Source: Perna viridis
Taxonomy: Eukaryota
Reading direction: 5' to 3'
Assembly (NCBI GenBank): GCA_037379345.1
Contig: CM074512.1
Location: 66,423,597 to 66,487,596, forward strand
DNA: 64,000 bases
Of this stretch, positions 1-14,000 are shown piece after piece (within the stretch, counting starts at the first letter, position 1; the number at the start of each line of letters is the position of its first letter). Under the pieces are notes generated by a model, which worked only from the letters and a program-made list of their open reading frames with translations, ran no database searches and was not told the origin of the DNA. Position numbers and translations under genes: made by a program.

Positions 1-372
1 AAGCTCTTCTTATGACTTATTAAGCTAGTAGTTACATACATCAGTCTAATAATGAATAATTTCAGTTTAATTTACAGTAATAATTTTCTGACATTCTTGA
101 CCACAATCAAGAGGCTCAACATTTAAATAAAAAGGAGTATTTTTGCACATCGACTTAAATTTCATGCAAAGCATATTATTAATTGAGGTATTATTTACAA
201 CAGAACTTTTGTAATTTTTGTTTTGTAAGCAGATTGGGATTATCAGTCTCAACTTATGAACTTGGTCCATACTGGTCAAACTGCAGTTCACATACAAAGC
301 TGAATCTTTTATACACATTAACTTTATACTGTTCTTCAACACTAGTGATCATATCTGGGTTATTCACTCTTT

Positions 373-723
373 CATCATGAACTCATGGATCGTTATGGTG
401 TATCCATCAGCATCATGAAAACTGATTTACTCAACGGGTCATAGTTTTCCTTTCCTCGTTTGTCTACCCTGGACTTGACTTTTTATGAGCAACTCGGTGG
501 GTGTTTCTAGAAAAGCAGAGGACGCTTACCCTACCGGTGCACCTGGTCCATGCTCCCAGTTTTTAGTGGAGTCCGAGTTGCTCATTTACTTTTGTTACTT
601 TGTATGTATGATTTTAGTTACTTTACGTTCTTTGTTGTGTATGTCTGTTTTCCATGTCTGGTCTTTGTCCCTGGATAACATTCTTTTGATTACCGCTATA
701 ACCTTGGTTCCCTTGATTACTCT
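373..723 (+). mobile_element. 3' fragment of a Penelope-like retroelement (last RT codons plus 3' tail)
   Basis: Translates HHELMDRYGVSISIMKTDLLNGS*, matching the end of the RT ORF at 17012-17560; the tail matches 16840-17010 and 49975-50190 in reverse complement. Confidence 0.75.
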
Positions 724-1184
724 TCCAATTAATTATCCTAATATTAAAATTTTAAAGCACTTTGAAATTAAAAGCAAACATGGGACATCCTGCAATCAAG
801 GCTAGGCATCACAAAGGCATTTTCTAACAGCTGTGGACTGAGAAGAAAAAGTGGGGTCTAGGATTTGAAGTTTAAGGGGCAAACAAAACAAGAGAAAGCC
901 ATTCTTGATTATTACCAGTACTAAATGAAAGTATTAATGTTTGCAAATACTTTACTAACTTTATGTGTTATGAAAATCGTTTTGTGTATTGCTATTCTCA
1001 ATTGTCTAATGTTTCAACCTATGCCTTGCCAATTTTAGGGAGGGCCCATACTGGCCAGATGCTCATCTAAATCTGCTCCAGCATTCAAAGTTAATTCAAT
1101 TCAATTTAAATTTTAAATAATTCAAATGTAAACATCAGATTTCTTTCATTTGAAGATTTAAGTTAAATTCAAGAGTTTTTTTTA

Positions 1185-1886
1185 TGAAACTGGGTCCTGA
1201 TCCTTGTCTTATTAATATTGACATTAAGAAACTGTGCCCTGAATTTTGTCATATTCAAACTGACATTTAGAAACTGGGCCATGAGCCTTGTCATATTTAT
1301 ACTGACCATAAGAAACTGTGTCCAGAGACTTTTCTTATTCAAACTGACATTTAGAAATTGGGCCCTCAGCCTAGTCATATGTACACTGACCTTAAAAAAA
1401 TTGGCCCTGAGCCTTGCTAAATCTATACTGACCTTTAGAAACTAGGTCCAGAGCTTTGTTTTATCTCTACAAACCTTTAGAAACTGAGCCCTGAGCCTTG
1501 TCATATTTATGCTGACCTTTGGAAACCGGACCAGGAGCTTGGTTATATCCATACTGACCTTTAGAAAGTGGGCCCAGAGCATTGTTATATCCATACTGAC
1601 CTTTAGAAAGTGGGCCCAGAGCATTGTTATATCTATACTGACCTTTAGAAAGTGGGCCCAGAGCATTGTTATATCCATACTGACCTTTAGAAAGTGGGCC
1701 CAGAGCATTGTTATATCTATACTGACATTTAGAAAGTGGGCCCAGAGCATTGTTATATCTATACTGACCTTTAGAAAGTGGGCCCAGAGCATTGTTATAT
1801 CCATACTGACCTTTAGAAAGTGGGCCCAGAGCATTGTTATATCTATACTGACCTTAAGAACTTAGACCAAGAGCTTTGTTACTAAC
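1185..1886. repeat. 42-bp minisatellite (~16 units) abutting the donor of exon 33
   Basis: Unit atactgacctttagaaagtgggcccagagcattgttatatcy; near-identical units at 1540-1860, more divergent toward 1185. Confidence 0.92.
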
Positions 1887-2042
1887 CTTTAGTCTATCAT
1901 GAGCAATATAGAAAAATTTGGAACCAGTCTGTATGGAATAGCTGTAGATCTGATCCATGTCAACATCAACAGCAGATAGTGTACCAAGTTCTACATCTAC
2001 AGAATTCTCAGGAACACTCAAAGAACCATCATACTGTATATC
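1887..2042 (-). CDS. Exon 33: EC17 first part (gene continues left of the window)
   Basis: DIQYDGSLSVPENS...VDVDMDQ...HDRLK; 156 nt; donor gttagt. Confidence 0.88.
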
Positions 2043-5000
2043 CTAAAAACCAAGACAAACTAATAAACACCTGCAATCACATGATACAGCTTTACCTCCT
2101 CCTTTTTTTGTGGTGTTTCAAGTTTTTGGGAACAACAGAAGCTGATCTTTAATGATGAACATCAAAATGAATCATACTGTGAAAGTACTCTTGTTCGAGG
2201 ATTACCAGTATTTCGTGGTTTTCATGAAAAGGGGATTTCAATTGATGTGTGTACTGAAAACCTCAAAACCACGAATTCAAGGATCCATGAACTTATATTT
2301 CTTCCCTAATCCATGAAAACTTTTTAAAAAAATTGGACAAAAAAAAAAAAAAATGAAAAGAAAGCATATATAAATAAAATTCCACTTGTCAGGAGATTTA
2401 AATCTCCTTATCAACTGTCCATTTACTAAGCTTAGGAGATTTAAAAAATCGTCTTTATACACACTGTTAATATCTTCTAGAAAAAAAAAGGACAATGGGA
2501 GACAAATATCACTAGATGTATATGCCTCACTAACTCCTTTCAACGTTTCCATTACTTTACATTGAAATACAGTGGATTCCGCTTAATTGCATAGCCTATT
2601 TGCCAGTAAAAATTATGCAAATAACCGGGCTATTCTTATAACCGAAATTACGATTTTACCGGAAATGTGAGTTCAGGTAAGACGACGATACTGTGGATCA
2701 ACCAGGGATATCACTGTTCAACATTTCTGATCTGGTATTTAATTGTTATAGACCTTCTCATTGTATGTGTCATTGACCTCGATATATTCCTATGAAGTGT
2801 GGATAGTATGGGGCACCTTAGGGTAGTTGAATTTCATTAGACATTGTACTGAATGAATGAGGACTTTTAATTTTCAGTTGATATTTATGCCTAGTAACCC
2901 AAGCTCACTAAAAACTGTTAAGCTCATTAAAGAAAATTAAATTTACATTGATAATCATTTGTAGTCGGAAGAATTTAAATAGGGACAAAAAATACCCCAA
3001 GCCGCATCATTAGGTGATGTTTGGCATGTCGTCAGAAGTCATCGTTTACCTAGGTGCTTGTTTATTTTAATGTAATTAGAAATCATTTAAATTGTCTTTT
3101 ATGTCCATTATGTTTTTAATCCATTATTAACACCTCTTGATTGATGATAATCTAGTTTTTACAACAATAAATATGATATTTATGACCCAAAGGCTTAAAA
3201 TAGAATTTGGGTAAACCTGTCTTTACCTGGATGAGGCAAAATTCTCTTAATAAACCGAAATGCACCTGCAAGGCCTATGCAAATAAGCGATTTTTTCCCT
3301 AATAGAATAATAGGAAATGGTTATGTGCAGGAGTAAATTATGCTAATAACCGAAATATGCAATAAAGCGATATGCAATTAAGTGGAGTCGACTGTACTAT
3401 AATCAGTCTGTAGAGCATAATTTGCAGTCAAAATTCGTACTAAAAAAAACATAAAAAATCAGTTAACACCTCTGAAAGACAAGCATCAAAATTGAAAACT
3501 TACAGTGGGAGGGTCATTGACATTTCCAATGGACAACACGACCTGTTTGTTGATTTTTATACCTTCACCATCAGCAGCATAAAATAGAAGGTCAACAGAA
3601 GATTCTGTCTCAAAATCAAAGACGACAGCACTTCGTACATCTGATGTACACCTTATTCCCTGAAATGGAAAATATTTCTTTGTTATACAAGATCATTATT
3701 GATTGTTGGGGTTTAATGCCCAAACAGGAATATTTCAGCTATATTCAGGCAATATACAAAATCAAGAATATCTAATAATACTATGATTATTCATCTTCAC
3801 CAATAACAAGACAAGACCTATGGTTAAAAATACTTTTTACTGTTCAGTGTTTTAAAAATATGAATATAGAACATATCATTCATAAAGCTTATCAATGCAA
3901 AACAATTTACTATGATTTCATTATAATTTATTATCATATACTTATAGAAAATAAGTATCATTTCTTACTGTATAATAAAGCAAGTTTTAGGGCCAAAAAT
4001 TTGATATTTTTCAAGATTGTCTAAGCGGGTTGATATCTAAATGTTTTTAAATGCCTTGGAATGATATTACATGGCTTTCCGTAAGTGATATTAAACCCCT
4101 TTCCGTAAACGCTCGGCAATTATCGTATTTGTTTACAATATGGCGTCTAACGACGAAGCAGACAAACAGCTGGGTATGATGGAAATAGAGATTGACAATA
4201 CCATGGAATATATAGAGTGTATGAAGAATATTAATACAAAATGTATAATTGTGAGTGATATGAAAGTGCTATCGCGTTGGCCGGAAGAACATTCAGAACA
4301 ACAACAAACTGAAGAAATTCCAGTTCCCGAACTGGATAAAATATTGGCTCGGTTCTTCAGATGTTGACCAGCAGCTTCTATCTACCTCCAAAGTAGCTGA
4401 ACTGGATTATGCATTAAGAGATATTTCCAACTATGAGACATTAAATGTTAACCTGGTCCAGTAAGAAACTTCATTGATGCTACAGAAGTGAACAATGATA
4501 ATATGAAAGACAAGATAGTAAATATGTTGGCTGGGGCACAGGTGACCGGAAATATAACAATTAACTTTTCAAGTTAAATTCATGACCAAAAAAAATATAA
4601 ATAAACAATAAAAGTTTCAACATCAAATATCTGTTATTATCCCATTATTATTAAATTGTTGAAAAATAAATATTATGTTTTTTGGTGTTTTAAAAATGTA
4701 TGATTTAATAGCCTTATTTTGCACTCCTATTGTGAAGCATATGATAAAAGAACATCACATAACATTTTTGATATGTATTATATGCCCTTGGTTGATATTG
4801 GTCCTCGAGCCTGCAGCTCTTGGGCCAATATCAAACCTTGGGATAATAATACATGTGATATCAAAAATCTCATGTGATAATCTGATAATATCATACACCA
4901 TGATATTAACTTTGATAAACTGATGATAACATAACTTCATACGGTATGATACTTACTTTGATTATTTGAATATAACTTCATACTGCATGCCCGGTGCATG

Positions 5001-8000
5001 ATATTTACTTTGGTTAATTGATTATAACTTTATGCATAAGGCAGGATATTAACTTTAATTAATTGATAACATAACCTAATACAGTATGATATTTACTTTG
5101 GTTAATTGAATATAACTTAATGTCAAACTGCATGATATTTACTTTGATTAACTGATTATAACTTAACGTGATACTTCATAATATTTACTTTGATTAATTG
5201 ATTATAACTATATGCATAAGGCAGGATATTAGCATTGATTAACTGATGATAACATAACCTCGTGCGGCATGATACTTTGATTAATTGATCATTACTTTAT
5301 GTCGTACAGTATGATATTTACTTTGATTTGAAGTCTAGCTGCTGCTGAAAAAAAACAAAATTCCAGCCCTTCCCCACCCTTTCGAGGAGGCTCTTGACTT
5401 CAGTCATTTTTTTTTAGAATGAGTTTGCAAACTTTTCATCCAATGAAAAAGGAGCAACTCATAGAGTATAATGGGAAACAAATTAAATTCTGATCTTTAA
5501 AGAAACAAAAATGTATTTCAACGTTACCTGACTAACAGGAATGCATTTCTGGTTATACAATTTGATTTTGGTAGAGGTTGCTGTAAAGGTCAAAGCATCT
5601 GAACCATCAGGGTCAAACGCCACCAATTGACCAATCAGTGTTTCTGTTACTTTGTTTTCGTCAATGATTGGTTTGTTTTCAGGATATGGGTAGGTCTTTC
5701 CAGAGATTGCCTCTAGTGCTAGGTTATATGGAGATTCATTCACATTGATAACATGAAGGACAAATTCAGCTGATGTCTAAAATAAACCAATAATTATAGT
5801 CATCATAAAAGACATGCAAAAAGAAATGCTGGAATAAAGAGGGTACATCCAAAAACTGCAAAGCATTTTTCAAACTATCTATTTTATTGCAATGATATCT
5901 TTTTGGTGAAAAATAAATGCTGGGCTCAAAGTCACATATAACAAAAAATCTACCTAACCATGAGTTACAGTGGTCTTAACCTCTGACCTACTGATATTAA
6001 AATCAATTGTTTTCCATGCCAATTAAGCTTCTACCTATACAAGTTTCATTCAAATTCCACTGCCATTAAAAGTTATGTGGCAATGAAACCAATCATGGAT
6101 TAATAGAAGGACGGACAAAAGTTTTGGCTAAATACAAACCAACCTCCCTTTTTTAGGAAAATTGGGGGTCAAAAATGCTATATAAAGGCTAGTAGAAGTC
6201 AACCCCCCCCCCCATAAAATATATTACCCCAATTTCAGTTTTCAAAAATGTAACTAGTCCACCACAATCCAGAGTTACACTCAATATAAGAAGAATTTTT
6301 TATATTAAAGGTACAAACAAGAAATTCTTGAACAAAATAATAAACAACAAATAAACACACACACAAAATTTACTGCAAAACACGAAAGAACCAATCAAAT
6401 ACAGCAGTAAAAAACACAAGCAGTTATGGTTAAAGCCCCTTCAGCTCCCCCTCTTGTGATTGTAATAGATACATTAATATTGTGTTAATTTACCTTTTGG
6501 GGGTCAGCCCTACCATCAACAGCCTCCACTGAAATGGTATAACTGGACTTCACTTCGTAATCCAGAGTTCCACTGAGTGTAATTGTGTTATCGACCATAG
6601 TAAAAACCCCTTCAGCTCCTGTGATTGTGTAGATATAGACATCATCTGCATCTTGATCTTCAACCTGCAAGAGGAATGTGATCACAAGATTTAAACAAGC
6701 AAATTAAATTCGCCAGATATACAAAATGTGAAATGCCCAGAAATAATTTGTTGTATCTTCTAACTACTTTATATAAAATATGAAAGTGTATGCATTCAAA
6801 CAATAAATCAATCCTTTATTTGAAGGTTGATTCTTCAGAAATATTTGGTTTTGTAATTTATTTCATTGCTTACAATCATAGTGGCAACTTTACTGCCAGT
6901 AGGCAAATCCTCGGGCAAGTTCTCCATTTTGATGGCAAGGTTGTAAGGTGAATCATTGACATCCTCAACATCAATAGTCAAAGTAAACTCCTTCTCCATT
7001 GGTGGTTTACCATTGTCTGTTACCATGACAACAACAACATGGTTGGTGGCAGACTCAAAATCAAGTAAACATTTGTCATTACCCATGCTTTTACAACCTT
7101 CTCCAACAGATTTTACCTGTGAAAACAAATACAAGTCTGTCTTCAGATGATATAAACCCAGACACTTGTTTAAGTTCATTATGGCTAACTGAATACCTGT
7201 CTAAACAGTGAACCAGTTCTAAAGTACATAAAGGGTTCAGATTAGGACAGTTAACACTGTACTTTCAAAAGAATGCATTTTTCAATGTATCCTATGTAAG
7301 AAGTGGACATGCAATAATGGCTTTTTTTCCAAACTATATATACCAACTGTATACCAAGTGTACCCAAAGTGATGACATTAGCTAATCAAAACACCTGTAT
7401 ACCAAGTGTACCCAAAGTGATGGCATAAGCTAACCAAAACACCTGTATACCAAGTGTACCCAAAATGATGGCATTAGCTAACCATATCTACTGTATACCA
7501 AGTGTACCCAAAGTGATGGCATAAGCTAACCATATCTACTGTATACCAAGTGTACCCAAAGTGATGACATTAGCTAAATATATCTACTGCATACCAAGTG
7601 TATCCCAAGTGATGACATTAGCTAACTATATCTACTGCATACCAAGTGTTTCCCAAGTGATGACATTAGCTAACCATATCTACTGTATACCAAGTGTACC
7701 CGAAGTGATGAAATTAGCTAAATATATCTACTGCATACCAAGTGTATCCCAAGTGATGACATTAGCTAACCATATCTACTGCATACCAAGTGTACCCAAA
7801 GTGATGACATTAGCTAACCATATCTACGGCATACCAAGTGTACCCAAAGTGATGACATTAGCTAACCATAACAACTGTATATCAAGTGTACCCAAAGTGA
7901 TGACATTAGCTAACTATATCTACTGCATACCAAGTGTACCCAAAGTGATGAAATTAGCTAATCATATCAACAGTATACCAAGTGTACACAAAGTGATGAC

Positions 8001-11000
8001 ATTAGCTAACTATATCAACGGTATACCAAGTGTACCCAAAGTGATGACATTAGCTAATCTTAACAATGGTATACCATGTGTACCCAAAGTGATGACATAA
8101 GCTAACTTTATCTACTGCATACCAAGTGTACCCAAAGTGATGACATTAGCTAACTATATCTACTGTATACCAAGTGTACCCAAAGTGATGACATTAGCTA
8201 ATCTTAACAATGGTATACCATGTGTACCCAAAGTGATGACATTAGCTAACCATAACAACTGTATACCAAGTGTACCCAAAGTGATGACATTAGCTAATCT
8301 TAACAACGGTATACCATGTGTACCCAAAGTGATGACATTAGCTAACTATATCAACGGTATACCAAGTGTACCCAAAGTGATGACATTAGCTAACTATATC
8401 TACTGTATACCAAGTGTACCCAAAGTGATGACATTAGCTAACTATATCAACGGTATACCAAGTGTACCCAAAGTGATGACATTAGCTAAATATATCTACT
8501 GTATACAAAGTGTACCCAAAGTGATGACATTAGCTAATCATAACAACTGTATACCAAGTGTACCCAAAGTGATGACATTAGCTAACTATATCTAGTGTAT
8601 ACCAAGTGTACCCAAAGTGATGACATTAGCTAACCATATCTACTGTATACCAAGTGTACCCAAAGTGATGACATTAGATAACTATATCTACTGCATACCA
8701 AGTGTACCCAAAGTGATGACATTAGCTAACTATATCTACTGTATACCAAGTGTACCCAAAGTGATGACATTAGCTAACTATATCTACTGCATACCAAGTG
8801 TACCCAAAGTGATGACATTAGCTAACTATATCTACTGTATACCAAGTGTATCCCAAAGTGATGACATTAGCTAATCTTAACAACTGTATACCAAGTGTAT
8901 CCCAAAGTGATGGCATTAGCTAACTATATCAACTGTATACCAAGTGTATCCCAAAGTGATGACACTGGCTAACCAGGACCAAAAGATAAATGAAGAGCCT
9001 TAACTGTGCCTACAGACCAAATTTACTTCAAGTAAGCAAAATCATAAATCAATTTTTTTTAAAGCATAGAAAATTCATTTTTTTACAAATAATAAAAAAA
9101 ATCATGACATGAGCTGAACCACATAATTGATACTGTGCTTCTGCTAGTACATGATGAACCCAATGACTTAGACTCTCCCTGCTTTCAGACATGATTGCAA
9201 CACCCCTTCCCCTCCACCAACCTCCTTTTGACTGGTTATAGTGTACAATGGTAAACAAAGTTTGGCAGGAAGTTTTCTTTTTTTAATTGAAAAAGATTTT
9301 CACTGACTTTCATTTTAAAAACATTAATTGAACAAAAAACTTTTTTTTGCAGAAGGTACATATAAACTATTTCTGTTGCATGATTCTTTTCTGGAGCTGC
9401 CATTTTAACATAATTAAGTTGCCATATTTGCTTGCTACCAACAGCCCATTTCTTCCAAATAAGAAATACTGTGAACATTCAATGAACAGTGAAATCTGAC
9501 TAAACAGAATCTCTAAGGTACCAGGAAGAAACCATAACAACTGTATATCAAGTGTACCCAAAGTGATGACATTAGCCAACTATATCAATGGTATACCAAG
9601 TGTACCCAAAAAGATGACATTAGCTCACTATATCAAAGGTATACCAAGTGTACCCAAAGTGATGACATTAGCTAACTATATCAACGGTATACCAAGTGTA
9701 CCCAAAGTGATGACATTAGCTAAATATATCTACTGTATACAAAGTGTACCCAAAGTGATGAAATTAGCTAATCATAACAACTGTATACCAAGTGTACACA
9801 AAATGATGACATTAGCTAACTATATCTACTGTATACCAAGTGTACCCAAAGTGATGACATTAGCTAACTATATCTACTGTATACCAAGTGTACCCAAAGT
9901 GATGACATTAGCTAACCATAACAACTGTATACCAAGTGTACCCAAAGTGATGACATCAGCTAACTATATCTACTGCATACCAAGTGTACCCAAAGTGATG
10001 AAATTAGCTAATCATAACATCTGTATACCAAGTGTACACAAAGTGATGACATTAGCTAACTATATCTACTGTATACCAAGTGTACCCAAAGTGATGACAT
10101 TAGCTAACTATATCTACTGCATACCAAGTGTACCCAAAGTGATGGCATTAGCTAACCATAACAACTGTATACCAAGTGTACCCAAAGTGATGACATTAGC
10201 TAATCTTAACAACGGTATACCAAGTGTATGCCAAATATATCTACGGCATACCAAGTATACCCAAAGTGATGACATAAGCTAACCATATCTACTGCATACC
10301 AAGTGTACCCAAAGTGATGACATTAGCTAACCATAACAACTGTATACCAAGTGTACCCAAAGTGATGACATTAGCTTATCATAACAACGGTATACCAAGT
10401 GTACCCAAAGTGATGACATTAGCTAACTATATCAATGGTATACCAAGTGTACCCAAAGTGATGACATTAGCTAACTATATCTACTGCATACCAAGTGTAC
10501 CCAAAGTGATGACATTAGCTAACTATATCAATGGTATACCAAGTGTACCCAAAGTGATGAAATTAGCTAACTATATCTACTGCATATCAAGTGTACCCAA
10601 AGTGATGACATTAGCTAAATATATCTACTGTATACCAAGTGTACCAAAAGTGATGACATTAGCTAACCATAACAACTGTATACCAAGTGTACCCAAAGTG
10701 ATGACATTAGCTTATCATAACAACGGTATACCAAGTGTACCCAAAGTGATGACATTAGCTAATCTTAACAACGGTATACCATGTGTACCCAAAGTGATGA
10801 CATTAGCTAACTATATCTACTGCATACCAAGTGTACCCAAAGTGATGACATTAGCTAACTATATCTACTGTATACCAAGTGTACCCAAAGTGATGACATT
10901 AGCTAACTATATCTACTGCATACCAAGTGTACCCAAAGAGATGACATTAGCTAACTATATCTACTGTATACCAAGTGTATCCCAAAGTGATGACATTAGC

Positions 11001-14000
11001 TAATCTTAACAACTGTATACCAAGTGTATCCCAAAGTGATGGCATTAGCTAACTATATCAACTGTATACCAAGTGTATCCCAAAGTGATGACACTGGCTA
11101 ACCAGGACCAAAAGATAAATGAAGAGCCTTAACTGTGCCTACAGACCAAATTTACTTCAAGTAAGCAAAATCATAAATCAATTTTTTTTAAAGCATAGAA
11201 AATTCATTTTTTTACAAATAATAAAAAAAATCATGACATGAGCTGAACCACATAATTGATACTGTGCTTCTGCTAGTACATGATGAACCCAATGACTTAG
11301 ACTCTCCCTGCTTTCAGACATGATTGCAACACCCCTTCCCCTCCACCAACCTCCTTTTGACTGGTTATAGTGTACAATGGTAAACAAAGTTTGGCAGGAA
11401 GTTTTCTTTTTTTAATTGAAAAAGATTTTCACTGACTTTCATTTTAAAAACATTAATTGAACAAAAAACTTTTTTTTGCAGAAGGTACATATAAACTATT
11501 TCTGTTGCATGATTCTTTTCTGGAGCTGCCATTTTAACATAATTAAGTTGCCATATTTGCTTGCTACCAACAGCCCATTTCTTCCAAATAAGAAATACTG
11601 TGAACATTCAATGAACAGTGAAATCTGACTAAACAGAATCTCTAAGGTACCAGGAAGAAACTCACTCAAATTCTAGCCAGTCATGTATACAATCTTTCAA
11701 TATATTTACTATATGGTTATATATATTTTTGCTAAAATTAGCCAACCCTGCCAAAAAATAGCCAGTCTGGGGCTGGCGACAGGCTACTATTTCTAACTCT
11801 GCTGTGGATAATTTATTCACTTCAGGTAGTTTTTTTTTAGATTTTAATGGATTTCAGAAGATGTAAGTTCACTTAAAAACTAAAGTACTTAACAACAAGG
11901 AAGCTGCTCTTGTTACATAAATAAATTCAGAGAATTACACCTATAGACAGTTATATTAACTTATACTTTAAACCAGACACATTGAAATGGCACTCTCAGA
12001 GTCAATTAAAAATGGACAAATTCCATTGTGATGCCAACTCTGTGAGACAGGCACCAAAATACAATGGTGTTGTGAAGACTGTAAACTTTTAATATGCTGC
12101 AACTGTATAAAACTTCATCTTAAAATAATTAAGATCATAGAATTGTAGATATCAAGTCAGTGGTGATTCCTAAGAAATGTCAAGTCTGTGATACTGTAAC
12201 CAGATTGATGTCAAAATGTGATGACTGCCAATTTTTCCTCTGTGAATCCTGTAAAACTGGACATCTTAAAATACCAGCAACTAAGAACCATAAAATAATA
12301 TCTATAAAGTGAAAATCAATCATTAGAAGTGGGAAATATTGAGGAAATCAGGGAGATCAACTTCAAAGTAGTAAAGCAGTATCCAGTAGATACCAATAGC
12401 ATTCAATATATGGCTGTTGCTAGGTATGGTTCTATGTGGATAGGTGATACTGTTGCTAGGGACAGTTCTATGTGGATAGGTGATACTGGACTGGAAAAAC
12501 TTCTACACATAAAACTTGTTGGTGACAGTGTAAATGTCATGTCAACCTTTGATATCACACCATATGGCCTGGCAATCTCATCTTCTGGTTCTCTTTTGGT
12601 TGTAATGGAAGGAACCTCAAATCTAAAGATAGTCAATGAGTTGACAGAACAAATTCAGGATTCCAAATTCTCTATAGATACCAAGCAAGTATCGTGTGTA
12701 CTAGTGACCAAGGATGAGAAGCTCTATGTAGGGGGATGGAATATAACAAAAGGGATGGTGATACTGATGAACAAGGAAGGAAACAATTAGTGAAGTATGA
12801 CAAAGATAAAGACAAACCATTATTCACATATCCCAGAGCAATAACATTAACAACAAATGACAATATTTTTGTAATAGATAGACATGGAGATCTAAGAAGA
12901 AGTAGATTAGTAGTACTTAAACAAGGGGGTAATGTTAGGTACCATTACGGACATCCAGACATCAACTCAGAAGACAAGCCTGCATTCCTTACTAGCATAG
13001 TTACAACACCAAGTGATAATGTCCTTACTACTGATTACCATACAGCTAATATCTACATACTAAACAATAAGGGGGATTTCATCACTTACTATTACCTAAC
13101 AGATATTGGGGTGTTAAAGCCTTATTCTCTTGATTTGTCTCCTGCTGGTAATATTTACATTGGAAATATAAGATTATCAAAAGATCCAAAGGATGCCAAA
13201 GCAACACTATATGAAGTGAAATGTTCTGGAGTGTAACTGTAAATGAAGATAAATTATGAAGGATTGTTTTTGTACAACTTGTTCTGGAATCACTGGTTAA
13301 GTTCTGTCATAGCATGATATAACATTATCATTTTTCTAATATCATGATTCAGACATAGTTTATAATGGACAGGAATTATACAACAGTCCATTACAATATT
13401 TACCAGTATCATAATGGTCATGAAATGGATTTATTTTTGGCATAACTATAGCAACAGTGAAGATAAATAATAGATGATATTATATGTTTTAAACAAAAAA
13501 TAAAACTTGAAATATTATAAAGTATGATTTAATACAAGAATGATTGCATTGGTAAGACTAGCAAGGCTTAAAATGATGATTGTTATTTCCAAAGTGACTG
13601 AATGAAAACCTTAGTTCTTTATTAGAAACAAAAACTGAATGAAAAATTCTGTTTGTATACCTTGTCAATAACACACTATGTAGTTAACATTATTTATAGA
13701 TGACATCATCAAAAACATTATGAATATGACAATTTTTGCAGGCATGATACAGGGTTGCCACTATTGATTAATAAGTTTTCAAGGATTTACCAGAGTTTTC
13801 AAGGTGTTATACCAATGAAAAACTGCCAAGTATACCATGTTTTGTTATGATTTACATGCATTATTCCTTTATGTAATACACAACTGTACCCTATTGGGTG
13901 TTGTTCTTTGATGAAATTTCATTCATATCCACTGAGCAGTTTCGGAGGAGTTGTGTTTTCATGTGAAACCCTTAATTAGGATTATCTCCCTTTGGAGTTC

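Noticed and set aside
67-342. 91-aa minus-strand ORF as the next cadherin exon
   Set aside because: No cadherin motifs or convincing splice sites
485-805. 106-aa ORF as a gene
   Set aside because: Lies in the non-coding tail of the Penelope-like fragment
7561-11003. Repetitive ORFs (MTLANYIYCIPSVPKV)n as a Cys-rich repeat protein
   Set aside because: Read-through of a 48-bp (multiple of 3) minisatellite, broken by stops and indels, with no splice or start context
12029-12031. TGA beside the B-box Cys as selenocysteine or read-through
   Set aside because: It does not occupy a zinc-ligand position, and three downstream frameshifts make pseudogenisation the simpler explanation
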